Shown here: positions 24,487 through 37,249 of the stretch, piece after piece
Layout of the letters: the number at the start of each line of letters is the position of its first letter
How positions within the stretch are numbered: position 1 is the stretch's first letter
Assembly (NCBI RefSeq): GCF_963921235.1
Contig: NC_086097.1
Coordinates: forward strand, 117,554,001-117,618,000
Length of the DNA: 64,000 nucleotides
Source: Mobula hypostoma
Taxonomy: Eukaryota
Direction: 5' to 3'
Program-made: the position numbers and the translations under genes
The notes under the pieces: generated by a model
The model's database searches: none
What the model saw: the letters and a program-made list of their open reading frames with translations, nothing else
What the model was told of the DNA's origin: nothing

Positions 24487-27400
24487 TGTAACGCCCTGGT
24501 TAAGATTTTTACTGCTATGCTGTAAGTATTTCATTTTAGCAGTTCTGTAAGAGCAGTCTGTTCTGCTGTCAGCCTGCTTGGGATTGAGTGAAGATAAATG
24601 GCTTTGTTTCTCATCTTAGGAATATTGAGTCAGCCAGTCAGGATGGTGGAATTGGGAGAAGGTTCTAGAGAATGTTAGACGGAGAGGTTTTTTGCGGGAC
24701 ACTGGTGTGGGCCAAGGTCTTTTTGCGGGAGCTGGGAGAATTCAGGAGGGAAGATGGCTGAAGATGCCGTCCCTGTAGCACAAGGTGTTTTGTGCAGATG
24801 AATGGATTCAAGGAGGCAGAATTAATTCACTCATGGAGGGGTCCGTTGTTCGACATGGATTTCGAGCGACATTCGGCAGTCTTTCATGCAGACTGATGGA
24901 TGAGTGCCTGAGTTAAAGAAAACATCAAGATGAGCTCCAACTTATGTGCACGTTTGACTGTTTAACTATAATGGGCCCTTTTGTTTTTTTTTCTTTCCTT
25001 CAATAATTGTTTGGTTAAGTTAGCGTTCTTAAATATATTTTCTTTATAAGTGTATGCAATGTACGGTCTGTTATTTCTTGCTAACAGCGATGGCATGGGA
25101 GCAGTAAGTTACACGGCATTCACACAAATCAAGGTTCAGGTGGGCGAGACATCTGGACCTCACGGATTTGGCGGAAGCCAGGTCATATTTACGCTAGACA
25201 TATGGAGTTTGAGAAAGGTGGTTTTCACCCTGCTGAGTCCGGTTGGCTGTTCGCGAGGGCTAATGATCTGCATCTCTAGAGACGTTCAGCTAAAAAAGGG
25301 TTTCATCACAGGGGCTATCATCCCGGATTGAACTTGTTGAATGCTGTACAATTGCTCTAAGAATTGATTAAGTGGTTTTGTGTTTAAGTCTGTTTTAAAC
25401 TTTTGTCCGGGAAAGTGATTAAGATACATGGCTATGGACGCCACAGAGATAAAGTGTGGGTGCAATTCAAAGAGATTGCCTGTAACTAATGCATTTGTTC
25501 TGAGCAGGGTGGCTATCCGCAGCCCAGATGAACTGTTGATTTGGGTTTTAAGTAATGTTGAATTAGGGAAAGTTGCAATCATGGAGCGGCAGTTTGACCA
25601 AACGGTGGACAAGGATGTTGCTTTAGTTCAGACCAGTGAGGATGTGATGGGAGTAGATCTGCCTGGTACCACTGGGTTCCCGGCAGAGGCGGGACCATGG
25701 GCCATCCATACTGTCAGAGAAGAGAGGAGTGTAGGCGAGGGTGTCAATTTGGAAGTCAAGTTTCCCGTAGCTGAGGCTGGAGACTTTAAAGAAAAGTTGC
25801 TCTTGTTTCTGTGGAGTGAAGGGAAGGAGTTGTCTGATGTGAAAGGGTCTTTCAGCTGTTGATTTGAGCTCTGAGCTTGGTTTGGCTAATACATCGTTGG
25901 TTGCTAATTGCAGAAGTATATTTGCGGGGAACTAAAGTTACTGCAGGCTGGAAGTGTTCTCTGATGTCAAGTCCACACCCGATGAGGAAGAAGAATATGA
26001 GGCTTGGGCTGAGCAAACAGCTCAGTTACTGGATGAATGGCAGGGTTCAGATAATATGAAAAAACAGAGACTGGTAGAGAGCTTAAAGTGTCCATTGGTT
26101 GATATAGTGAGGTTCCTCAAGGCAGAAAATCCATCCACCAGTCAGCTGATTACCTGCAAGCTCTGGAAGATGCATTTGGCCTGTTTAAAGTGCAGCCAAT
26201 CTTAGGATGAAGTTTAGGCACATGTTCTAAGAGAAAGGAGGGAAGTTATCTGCCTACATTTTCAGGTTAGAGAAGCTGCTGCACTGTTTGTGCCACAAAG
26301 GGGGCATTCAACTGTCTGAGAGAAATTGCTTGAGGATGGAGCAAGTTGGGAAGGGCACTCTGTCACATGACATGGTTGCTCTACATATTCGAATGACCCT
26401 CATGATGTGCCCTCCACCATCTTTTACCGAGTTACTCAGAGAAGTTAGAGAGGAGGAAAACGTAATGGAGGAGCGGGAGGCCTCCATCAGCAGGGCAAAC
26501 TCCTCAATAGTAGCCTCTTTTGCTAAAGCGATCCCTGATGCATCACAAGCGACGTCTTTGTAGGATGTCATGAAAGATCTGAGGGCCGAGGTATTTCAGA
26601 TGATATCGGTTGGTGCTGCCACCAAGCATGACGACAGGAAGCCAGACATACCAAGGTGAGGGCTCCTACTGAGCGGAGTCCCTTGATCAGAGAAGTGACT
26701 GGTATTTTCTGTTACAACTGTGGAGAAGATGGACATTTCAAGTGGGAGTGTGATGGACAGGAAAATCTTCAGAAAGTAAAGTAGTTAACTAAACAGCAAA
26801 GAAAAGAGGTAAAACTACAGAGGAACCCAGTAAAAGAACGGGCTGAAATTTCAGAGAGGATATGTCCCTATCAGTGTATCAAGGGAAATACTCAAGTACA
26901 AAACACTATTCCTGAAGTTTACTGGGACCAAACTCTGATATATCCATATGGATTGAAGGCATTTATACTAGAGCCATACTTGACACAGGTTCTCAACTTC
27001 CTTTGTTTTATAGATCCTTTTACAGCCGATATTTGATGCATTTATCATTGATGCTACTCAGTGCCATTGAGATTAGATTATGAGAGCACTCAGTCCTCTT
27101 TTATTGTCATTTAGAAATGCATACATGCATTAAGAAATGATACAATGTTCCTCCAGAGTGATATCACAGAAAACAGGACAAACCAAAGACTAACACTGAC
27201 AGAAGCACATAATTATAACATTTAGTTACAGCAGTGCAAAGCAATACCATAATTTGATGAAGAACGAACTGTGGGCACAGTAAAAAAAAGTCTCAAAAGT
27301 CCCCAAGTCGATCGACTCCCAAGTCCCCGATAGCGCCGGCAAAAGGGAGAAACTGTCAACTTGCCGATGCCTTGGAAGCAGCCGACCACAGCCGACACTG

Positions 27401-27965
27401 AGTCCATCTGTCCAAAAACTTCGAGCCTCCGACCAGCCCCTCTGATACAGCCTCCCTAGCGCCATCCTCTGCCAAGCGCCTTCGACCTAGCCCTGGCCGC
27501 TGAAACAAGCAAAGCTGAGGATTTCGGGAGCCTTCTGCTCCGGAGATTCCGGTGACCACACAGTAGCAGCGGCAGCGAAGCGGGCTTTTCAGAAGTTTCC
27601 AGATGTTCCTCCGTACTCTCACGTCTGTCTCCATCAAATCAGAAATGTGCACGGTCCCCTACTTGACAGATAACAGATATTCATCACGGGAGAGGCCGCG
27701 TACGCTGCCGTCACGCTGCTATGTTCTCCTCATTCGGGAGCTTAGTACAGATCAGCATTCATTGGATGGTTACTTGTCATTGAAGCTGAAGGTTTTGGAA
27801 GCAGATGTTGGAGTAACTGAAACTATTGACACATCGGTGTTGGTCTGCTCAGATCCGATTGCAAAGGGTGGAGCTTCTATTTTTGTGGTGACAAATACTG
27901 CCATCGTGAGAAGGTTCTTCGGAGCACCCAAGAACATGTGGAGCATTCTGACTGGCTCCATCACC
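24487..27965 (+). mobile_element. Second PNMA-Gag Ty3/gypsy relic: 5' LTR, gag with CCHC knuckle, protease; interrupted at 27075-27731
   Basis: LTR starts TGTAAC at 24487; degenerate Pro-PBS ~25310-25328; FSDVKSTPDEEEEYEAWAEQTAQLLDEWQGSDNMKKQRLVESLKCP; PPPSFTELLREVREEE; CYNCGEDGHFKWEC at 26710-26751; AILDTGSQ at 26972-26995. Confidence 0.9.
27075..27731 (-). mobile_element. Short non-coding retro-insertion (GC-rich head + AT-rich LINE-like 3' UTR) inside the gypsy protease
   Basis: The protease frame ..gccattgagATT|...|ATTcgggagcttagt rejoins; CpG-rich head at 27300-27731; on the minus strand AATAAA is followed by a short aatct tandem tail. Confidence 0.7.
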
Positions 27966-28256
27966 CTGTGACATTGGGGGAGGAGGGGCAACTGCACAAG
28001 ATCAAAATAAGTTGTAGAATGTTGTAAAGTTATACTGCACCATCATGGGTGCTAGCCTCCATAGTATCCAAGATATCTTCAAGGAGTGGTGCCATCATTA
28101 GAGACCCCCACCACCCAGGACCTGCCCACTTCTTATTGTCATCATCAGGAAGGAGGTACAAAAGCCCAAAGTCACACGCTCAATGACTCAGGATCATCTG
28201 CCATCTGATTTCTAAATGGACACTGTACCCATGAACACTACCTCTTTATTTCTGTT

Positions 28257-28836
28257 TGTAACTCTCGCCTCAGCTAGAGGCTTAATATAGGTGATGATAG
28301 CTCCCCTGGCCAAGCCAAACTTAGGAAATCTCGTTTGGGTGGATGCTGCATGATGTGTCCCCTGTTACAAATCGGTACCGCAAAATAACAAACAGTACAC
28401 AATTTGCGATTAAGAGATTGAGCTTTATAATTCTTAATTTGACAATATGGTTAGTTAAGAAAACAAAAAAAGCATAAGGGCTCATTCTCATGAAACAGTC
28501 TAATGCACAATATTGGAGCCATTGATAAGATTGTTCATCCACCATCGACTTCCTCTGACCGTTGCTGACTTTTGGACCCTCGCTCCAAGTCCACTCCATC
28601 CAAGGTCGACCAACTCTCTTCATTCACATCTTCTCTCCTCCTCTCTCTCCGTCCAAAGACCATGAATTCCCGGCTCCCAGACACCCAAAAAAGAACAACA
28701 TCCTGCTCATTGGCTAACATGCCCCGTTATCTCTAGTCATAACCCAAACATTGCTGCTACAGAGAAACTATTACCTTAGCAGTGGAACATACAGAGAAGC
28801 CATTACAGTAGCAGTGAAACCTTACAGTATGTTACA
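28257..28836 (-). mobile_element. Solo LTR (580 bp)
   Basis: TGTAAC...GTTACA termini; 4-bp TSD TGTT (28253-56 and 28837-40); inserted in a Rex1-like 3' end. Strand is tentative. Confidence 0.85.
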
Positions 28837-29049
28837 TGTTTTTGCAATATAAGAAGCATGTTGAAAGGCACATGAGCTGGCAGGGAACAGGTAGATATAG
28901 ACCACATGCAGACTAATGGGATTAATTTCTGTATTGTTCTTTGTTCTATGTAAGACCCAGGAAAATGTGAAATATTTGCCATTCTAAGGAGATGCCCCTC
29001 AGTGAAGGCCGGCATCAATGACAAAGTGCCAGCACAGATTCCTCATCAG

Positions 29050-29500
29050 GATATCGACGACTTGAGTGATTCAATGGAATTTTAGATGGGAAGTGTGAGC
29101 TCATGCATTTTGGTTAGAGACATCCAACGGGAGACTATTATCTAAATGGAGAGAGATAGGAAATGAGTGAAGTTCAGGGGGATCGTGGAGTTCTAGTGCT
29201 TGAATCATGACAAATAGATAAGAAGGCAAACAGCACGTTGGCCTTTAATGTAAAGGGATGGAGTATAAGAACAGAAAGAATTTCTTTTTACAGATGTTGG
29301 TGAGACAGCATCAGCAATACACCGCTCAGTTTTCAGCTCCTTAAGGAAGAAGAATATGGAGCCCATCCAATAGAAATTCACCTGGAAACTTTCTGGTTCG
29401 AGAGGGTATTCCCATCAGGAGAGGCTAGAGTTTAGAAGAATGAGGGTTGACACTATTGAAACATAATAGATCCAAGTGGGCCGGACATGGCAAATGTTAA
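29050..29500 (+). mobile_element. Old CR1 RT 3' fragment
   Basis: KCE.MHFG, KKAN..LAF..KG.EYK and LVR.H..Y..QF remnants. Confidence 0.7.
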
Positions 29501-29775
29501 GATGCTTCCACTAGCGGAGGATTGACAAAGAAAGAGAAACAGCGATAAAACCAATGGAGTTGACTGTATCTCAAACAACGAGCAAAATCACCGTCATCAT
29601 CATTCTGAGCCACGTTGTATGACATAGGTGATCATGGTCTTCCATCTGTCTTTAATCTGCTCTTCCACACTTCACTCTGTGGTTCTTATTCTTTTCTCTA
29701 TCCATAACCATGATTGTTCTTGGCAAATTTCTCTAAGGAAGTGGTTTGCTTTTTCCTACTTCTGGGCAGTGTCTT

Positions 29776-31470
29776 TATTATGAATAAAGTGGATGAGCTT
29801 AGAGCGTGGATCAGTACTTGGAGCTATGATGTTGTGGCCGTAACAGAGACTTGGATGGCTCAGGGGCAGGAATGGTTACTTCGAGTGCCAGGCTTTAGAT
29901 GCTTCAGAAAGGATAGGGAGGGAGGCAAAAGAGGTGGGGGCATGCACTGTTGATCAGAGATAGTGTCACAGCTGCAGAAAAGGAGGAGGACATGGAGGGG
30001 TTGTCAATGGAGTCTCTGTGGGTGGAAGTTAGGAACAAGAAGGGGTCAATAACCCTACTGGGTGTTTTTTTTTATATAAACTACCTGATAGTAACAGGGA
30101 TATTGAGGATCAGATAGGGAGATAGATTCCCTAATTATCTATTGGCATGTCCCAAGAGCGAGGGGTTTAGATGGGGAGGAGTTTGTTAGGTGTGTTCCGG
30201 AAGGTTTCTTGACACAATAAGCCTACAAGAGAAGAGACTGTACTTGATCTGCTATTGGGAAATGAACCTGGTTGGATGACAGATCTTTCAGTGGGAGAGA
30301 ATTTTGGAGATAGTGATCACAATGCTATCTCCTTTACCATAGCATTGGAGAGGGATAGGAACAGACAAGTTAAGAAAGCATTTAATTGGAGTAAGGGGAA
30401 ATATGAGGCTATCAGGCAGGAACTTGGATGCATAAATTGGGAACAGATGTGCTCAGGGAAATGTATGGAAAAAATGTTGCAAATGTTCAGGGGATATTTG
30501 CGTGGAGTTCTGCATAGGTGTGTTCCAATGAGACAGGGAAAGGGTGGTGCAGTACAGGAACCGTGGTGTACAAAGGCTGTTGTAAATTTAGTCAAGAAGA
30601 AAAGAAGAGTTTATGAAAGGTTCAAAAAACTAGGTAATGATAGAGATCTAGAAAATTATAAGGCTAGCAGGAAGGAGCCTAAGAAAGAAATATGGAGAGC
30701 CAGAAGGGGCAATGAGAAGGTCTTGGGGGACAGGATTAAGGAAAACCCCAAGACATTCTACAAGTATGTGAAGAGCAAGAGAATAAGACCTTAGAGAATA
30801 GGACCAATCAGGTGTGACAGTGGAAAAGTGTGTATGGAACTGGAGGAAATAGCAAAGGTAATTAATGAGTACTTTGCTTCAGTCTTCACTACGGAAAAAG
30901 GGATCTTGGCTATTGTAGGGATAACTTACAGTGGACTGAAAAGCTTGAGCATGTAGATATTAAGAAAGAGGATGTGCTGGAGCTTTTGGAAAGCATCAAG
31001 TTGGATAAGCCATCGGGACTGGACGAGATGTACCCCAGACTACTGTGGGAGGCAAGGGAGGTGATTGCTGAGCCTCTGGCGATGATCTTTGCATCATCAA
31101 TGGGGACAGGAGAGGTTCTGGAGGATTGGAGGTTTGCAGATGTTGTTCCACTGTTCAAGAAAAGGAGTAGAGGTAGCCCAGGAAATTATTGACCATTGAG
31201 CCTTACCTCAGTCGTCGCTAAGTTAATGGAGAAGATCCTGAGGTGCAGGATTTATGAATATTTGGAGAGGCGTAATATGATTAGGAACAGTCAGCATTGC
31301 TTTGTGAAAGGCAGGTTGTGCCTTACAAGCCTGATTGAATTCATTGAGGATGTGACAAAACACATGCGACGGGAGGCCTAGGGAGAAAGAAAGGGGGAGG
31401 GTGAATGGGCAAGGAGTATAGTGAAAGAGACAGAGGGAGAAAAAGGAGAGGGAGAAAAAATAAATTAATG

Positions 31471-31502
<32 letters not shown>

Positions 31503-32215
31503 TAACAGATGGGGTACGAAGGGGAAGTGGGGCATTAAAGAAGTTAGAGAAGTCAATGTTCATGCCATCAGTTAGGAGTCTACCCAGATGGCCATGGATA
31601 GACATATCAGAATGGGAATGGGATGTGGAATTAAAATGTGTGCTCACTGGGAGATCCTGCTTTCTCTGGCGGACAGAGCGTAGGTGTCTCATGATCCTCT
31701 CACATCCCTTTTGCCAATCAACTTTCCAGCTTTCAGCTCCATCCCTCCCCCTCCTGTCTTTTCCTATTATTTTGGATCTCCCCCTCCCCCTCCCACTTTC
31801 AAATCTCTTGCTATCTCTTCTTTCAGTTAGTTCTGATGAAGGGTCTTGGCCCGAAACATTGACTGTACCTCTTCCTATAGGTGCCGCCAGGCCTGCTGCG
31901 TTCACCAGCAATTTTTATGTGTGTAGCACAATAGGACACAGTTTTAGGGTGCTTGGAAGTAGGTACAGAAGACATGTCAGGGGTATGTTTTTTACATAGA
32001 GAGTGGTGAATGCGTGGAATGGACTGCTAGCGATGGTGGTGGAGGCGGATATGATAGGGTCTTTTAAGAGACTCCTGGACAGGTACATAGAGCTCTAAAA
32101 AAGAGAAGGCTATGGGTAACCCTAGGTAACTTGTAAGGTAAGGACATGTTCGGCACAGCTTTGTGGGCCAAAGGGCCTTTCTTGTGCTGTAGGTTTTCTA
32201 TGTTTCTGTGTTTCT
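29776..32215 (+). mobile_element. CR1 ORF2 fragment (APE endonuclease to RT start, then 3' end), with the RT core replaced by PLE sequence at 31366-31925
   Basis: NKVDELRAWI..YDVVAVTETW; FRKDREGGKRGGG; GDSDHN; K.SG.DEMYPRLL; VVPLFKK; SQH.FVKGR.CLT.LIEF; 3' tail ttctatgtttctgtgtttcta. Confidence 0.92.
31366..31925. mobile_element. Rearranged Penelope-like fragment: inverted GIY-YIG tail/3' UTR (31366-31687, -) joined to a forward 3' UTR with a degenerate hammerhead (31688-31925, +)
   Basis: HLRSVRQRKQDLPVSTHFNSTSHSHSDMSIHG on minus; AGTT CTGATGA AGGGTCTTGGCCC GAAA CATT GACT at 31829-31864 on plus. Confidence 0.88.
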
Positions 32216-32449
32216 AAGTTTACAAGAAAGGTACTCTTCAGAGATTGTCTGCCTGGCATCAGTGGTCGCATCACCAGGACCCATACGGCCATCTACCTCC
32301 TGCTCCCGATGCTTCATGTGACCCTGATCGAGTGGTTGGGGGGAGCTAAGCAAATGCTGCACCTTGGCCAACGTGACCTGCAAATTAGCAGAGGGAAGCA
32401 GCACCGCATACCTCCTTGAGTGGAGACATATCTCTACCCTGCTTCCCGG

Positions 32450-33240
32450 AAAGTATAACAATGAGATTATAAGCCAAGTAACAGGGTGTCAAGACAAAAA
32501 CCTTTCCCTCAAAGTTAGCAAAACAAAAGAGCTGGTTTTTGATTTCAGGAAGGGTTGCAGTGCACATGCTCCTGTCCAGTACCTCAATGATGCTGAGGTT
32601 CAGAGGATTGAGAGATTCAATTTCTCAGGAGGGTGCCTCACCTAGCCTGTCCTAGTCCAAATGAGTTGATGTCATGGCCAATAAACCAATGGATCTACTT
32701 CCTCAGGAAGGTAAAGAAATTTGGCAAGTCGCCTTTGACCCTCATCACTTTTTTATACATGCACCATAGAAAGAATCCTATTGGAGCCCACCACAGCTGG
32801 GTAAGGCAGCTGCTCTGTCCACGACTGCAAGGATCTGCCTGGAGTTGTGAGCACAGCTCAGCACATCGCAGAAGCCAGCCTCCCTTTCATGCACTCTGTC
32901 TACACTTCTCGCTGCCTCAGTAGAGCAGCCAGCATAATCAAAGACCCTGCTCACGCTGGGCATTCTCTCATCTCCCCTCTCCCATTGGACAGAAGATACA
33001 AAATCCTGAAAGTCATACCACCAGGTTGAAGGACAGCTTCTACTCCACATTAATAAAACTTGTAACCTCACAACTACCTTGTTATGATCTTGAACCTATT
33101 CTTTTTTTGCCTGCCTGCTCTTTCTTTATAGCTAGTACACTTTATTTTCCATTCTGTTATTGTGTTACCTTATTGTCCCTTGATTCACTATGTAATGAAT
33201 TGGCCTGTATGAACAGCATTCAGGTCGTGTCTGTGATAAT
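32450..33240 (+). mobile_element. Degraded Rex1-like RT 3' fragment
   Basis: CQDKNLSLKVSKTKELVFDFRK; YFLRKVKKFG; RAASIIKDP.H.GHSL..PLP..RRY. Confidence 0.85.
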
Positions 33241-33421
33241 ACAAGGCTAATACACAAAGCAATTCCAATTCCAATTCCAAATAATGAACTGGTCATTTAA
33301 AATTGAGGTGCAGAAATTTCCTCTCTCAGGTGGTGATGAAGCCTTGGAATTATCTGCCCCTGAGGGAGGTAGAGTCCAAATAATAAGATATATTTAAGAA
33401 GGAGATAGATAAATATGTATT

Positions 33422-36258
33422 CAAGATTCCAGCCTTGAACTCCAGGCCGGGTCTTTATGTGCTGCTATTGTGACTCCCGTCTCCCCTTCCACCACCAATA
33501 CTCTGCAATCTGGTCTCCCTCAGATCCCATCGTCAGCTCCTGGGCCCTCAGAGGCTCCATCTTCCTCTCACCCCAACCCTCCTCTCTCTATTGACACCCC
33601 CAGCCTCCCCCTTCCCCCCTCTGATCCCAGCTCTCATCCGTGCCGGGTCTTTACCATCCCCTCCGACCTTCAACTGTCGGAGGCAGAACACTCTGTTCTC
33701 AGTAAGGGCCTCACGTTTGTCCCCCTTCGCCCACACCTCAGCGAGTTCCGTGTTCGCCATGATGCGGAACTTTTCTTCCGCCGTTTCCGCCTCCGAGCCT
33801 ACTTCTTCGGCAAGGACTCTTCCACCCCCACCAATGACCCCTTCTCCCGTCTTCAACCCTTCTCTTCTTCATGGACACCCCGCTCTGGTCTTCTGCCTGC
33901 TCTGGATCTCTTTATCGCTAACTGCCGGCGGGACATCAATCGTCTCGACTTCACCGCACCTTGTCCCCATTCCAACCTCACTCCTTCGGAACGCTCTGCT
34001 CTCCACTCCCTCTGCACTAATCCTAACCTTATTATTAAACCCGCCGATAAGGGGGGTGCTGTTGTAGTCTGGCGTACTGACCTCTACCTTGCCGAGGCAC
34101 AGCGACAACTCGCGGATACCTCCTCTTATTTACCCTCGATCGTGACCCCACTAAGGAGCACCAGGCCATTGTCTCCCACACCATCACCGACTTTATCCGC
34201 TCAGGGGATCTCCCATCCACTGCTACCAACCTTATAGTTCCCACACCTCGCACTTCCCGTTTCAGCCTCCTACCCAAGATCCACAAACCTGCCTGTTCTG
34301 GCCTACCTATTGTCTCAGCTTGCTCCTGCCCCACCAAACTTGTTTCTGCATACCTCGACACAGTTTTATCCCCCCTTGTTCAATCCCTTCCGACCTATGT
34401 TCGTGACACTTCTCACGTTCTTAAACTTTTCGATGATTTTAAGTTCCTGGCCCCCACCGCTTTACTTTCACCATGGATGTCCAGTCCCTATATACTTCCA
34501 TCCCCCATCAGGAAGGTCTCAAAGCTTTACGCTTCTTTTTGGATTCCAGACCTAATCAGTTCCCCTCTACCACCACTCCACTCCGTCTAGCGGAATTAGT
34601 CCTTACTCTTAATAATTTCTCCTTTGGCTCCTCCCACTTCCTCCAAACTAAAGGTGTAGCTATGGACACCCGTATGGGTCCTAGCTATGCCTGCCTTTTT
34701 GTTGGGTTTGTGGAACAATCTATGTTCCGTGCCTATTCTGGTATCTGTCCCCCACTTTTCCTTCGCTACATCGACGACTGCATTGGCGCTGCTTCCTGCA
34801 CGCATGCAGAACTCGTTGACTTTATTAACTTTGCCTCCAACTTTCACCCTGCCCTCAAGTTTACCTGGTCCATTTCCAACACCTCCCTCCCCTTTCTAGA
34901 TCTTTCTGTCTCTGTCTCTGGAGACAGCTTATCCACTGATGTCTACTATAAGCCTACTGACTCTCACAGCTATCTGGACTATTCCTCTTCTCACCCTGTC
35001 TCTTGCAAGAACGCCATCCCCTTCTCGCAATTCCTCTGTCTCTGCCGCATCTGCTCTCAGGATGAGGCTTTTCATTCTAGGACGAGGGAGATGTCTTCCT
35101 TTTTTAAAGAAAGGGGCTTCCCTTCCTCCACTATCAACTCTGCTCTTAAACGCATCTCCCCCATTTCACGTACATCTACTCTCACTCTATCCTCCCACCA
35201 CCCCACTAGGAATAGGGTTCCCCTGGTCCTCACCTACCACCCCACCAGCCTCCGGGTCCAACATATTATTCTCCGTAACTTCCGCCACCTCCAATGGGAT
35301 CCCACCACTAAGCACATCTTTCCCTCCCCCCGTCTCTCTGCATTCCGCAGGGATTGCTCCCTACGCAACTCCCTTGTCCATTCGCCCCCCCCATCCCTCC
35401 CCACTGATCTCCCTCCTGGCACTTATCCTTGTAAGCGGAACAAGTGCTACACATGCCCTTACACTTCCTCCCTTACCAGCATTCAGGGCCCCAAACAGTC
35501 CTTCCAGGTGAGGCAACACTTCACCTGTGAGTCGGCTGGGGTGATATACTGCGTCCGGTGCTCCCGATGTGGCCTTTTATATATTGGTGAGACCCGACGC
35601 AGACTGGGAGACCGCTTTGCTGAACATCTACGCTCTGTCTGCCAGAGAAAGCAGGATCTCCCAGTGGCTACACATTTTAATTCCACATCCCATTCCCATT
35701 CTGACATGTCTATCCACGGCCTCCTCTACTGTAAAGATGAAGCCACACTCAGGTTGGAGGAACAAACCTTATATTCCGTCTGGGTAGCCTCCAACCTGAT
35801 GGCATGAACATCGACTTCTCTAACTTCCGCTAAGGCCCCACCTCCCCATCGTACCCCATCTGTTACTTATTTTTATGCACACATTCTTTCTCTCACTCTC
35901 CTTTTTCTCCCTCTGACCCTCTGACTATACCTCTTGCCCATCCTCTGGGTACCCCCCCTTGTCTTTCTTCCCGGACCTCCTGTCCCATGATCCTCTCATA
36001 TCCCCTTTTGCCAATCACCTGTCCAGCTCTTGGCTCCATCCCTCCCCCTCCTGTCTTCTCCTATCATTTTGGATCTCCCCCTCCCCCTCCAACTTTCAAA
36101 TTCCTTACTCACTCTTCCTTTAGTTAGTCCTGACGAAGAGTCTCGGCCTGAAACGTCGACTGTACCTCTTCCTAGAGATGCTGCCTGGCCTGCTGCGTTC
36201 ACCAGCAACTTTGATGTGTGTTGCTTGAATTTCCAGCATCTGCAGAATTCCTGTTGTT
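33422..36258 (+). mobile_element. Large Penelope-like element (Neptune-type) with RT and GIY-YIG, three frameshifts, 12-bp TSD
   Basis: LSKGLTFVP; IIKPADKGGAVVVW; MDVQSLYTSIPH; GVAMDTRMGPSYA; FLRYIDDC; LPFLD; GVIYCVRCSRCGLLYIGET. TSD TAAATATGTATT at 33410-33421 and 36259-36270, within a CR1 3' end. Confidence 0.95.
36126..36161 (+). ncRNA. Minimal hammerhead ribozyme motif (stem II weakened)
   Basis: AGTC CTGACGA AGAGTCTCGGCCT GAAA CGTC GACT. Confidence 0.7.
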
Positions 36259-36399
36259 TAAATATGTATTTGAAAGTTTGAGGATATTAGCTTTCTGGGA
36301 AGCTAGTACAGAAGAGGGCCTGAGGCCAGTCAGGGTACAAGAGTACAAGAGTGTAACTCCATGAGGTGTACTGCCGCTGCAGCCTATCCTCTGCAAGGT

Positions 36400-36770
36400 C
36401 CAATGCGTTGTGCACACAGAGGCGCTTTTTAGCACAGCACTGTTGGAACGTGTAGCCATTTTAGTGACGTTCCCTTCCTGTCAGCTTGCACCAATCCGGC
36501 GACTTTCCTCTCACCTCTCTCATTAACAAGGTGTTTTAGCTGACAGAACTGCTGTTCACTGGATTTGTTTTTTTGTTTCTGTTTATGTTTTTGCACCTTT
36601 CTGTATAAACTTTAGAGATTATTGCACATGAAAAGCCCAGGAAGACAGCAGTTTCTGAGATACTGAAACCACCCCATCCGGCACCAACAATTATTCCACG
36701 GTCGAAGTCATTTAGATCATATTTGTTCCCCATTCTGATGTTCAGTCTGAACAACAACTGAATCTTTTGA
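36400..36770 (-). mobile_element. Tc1-like non-autonomous fragment
   Basis: MGNKYDLNDFDRGIIVGAGWGGFSISETAVFLGFS in ORF 36536..36823(-). Confidence 0.8.
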
Positions 36771-37184
36771 CTAGCTATATATATAGCTAGGGTGCCTAGG
36801 ACTTTTGCACAGTACTGCAGCAAAAAAAAAAATTCATGATCTACTTTATGTAAGTGATGATAAACCTGATTCTGGTATGGGTCTATTGTGAAGGGGACAG
36901 GGAAAGAAGAAGCAGGGTTATGGAAAAGGGGAAGGAAGAGGGAAGTGAGTGAGAAGCACCAGAGAGACGTTCTGTAGTGATCAATAAACCAATTGCTTGG
37001 AATCTAATGATCTTCCCTAGCGTCTCAGGGCTGGTTGTGTCTACACCAGTGCCACGCTGCACTCTGGCATTTCTTCTCTTCCACCTGTCTCACACTCCTT
37101 CTATAGCACTCCACCTTGCCACTCCCAACTTCCTTTGCTCCCACCAGATTTACAAACTCTCTCTCCACTCCATGTTGACAGATA

Positions 37185-37249
37185 CAGTACTGGGGAAAAG
37201 TCTTAGTCACCCTAGCTATATATATGTCTAAGACTTTTGCACAGTTCTG
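37185..37249. mobile_element. 65-bp palindromic Tc1/mariner MITE
   Basis: TA|CAGTACTGGGGAAAAGTCTTAG...CTAAGACTTTTGCACAGTTCTG|TA; related pieces at 36770-36818 and 40780-40895. Confidence 0.8.
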
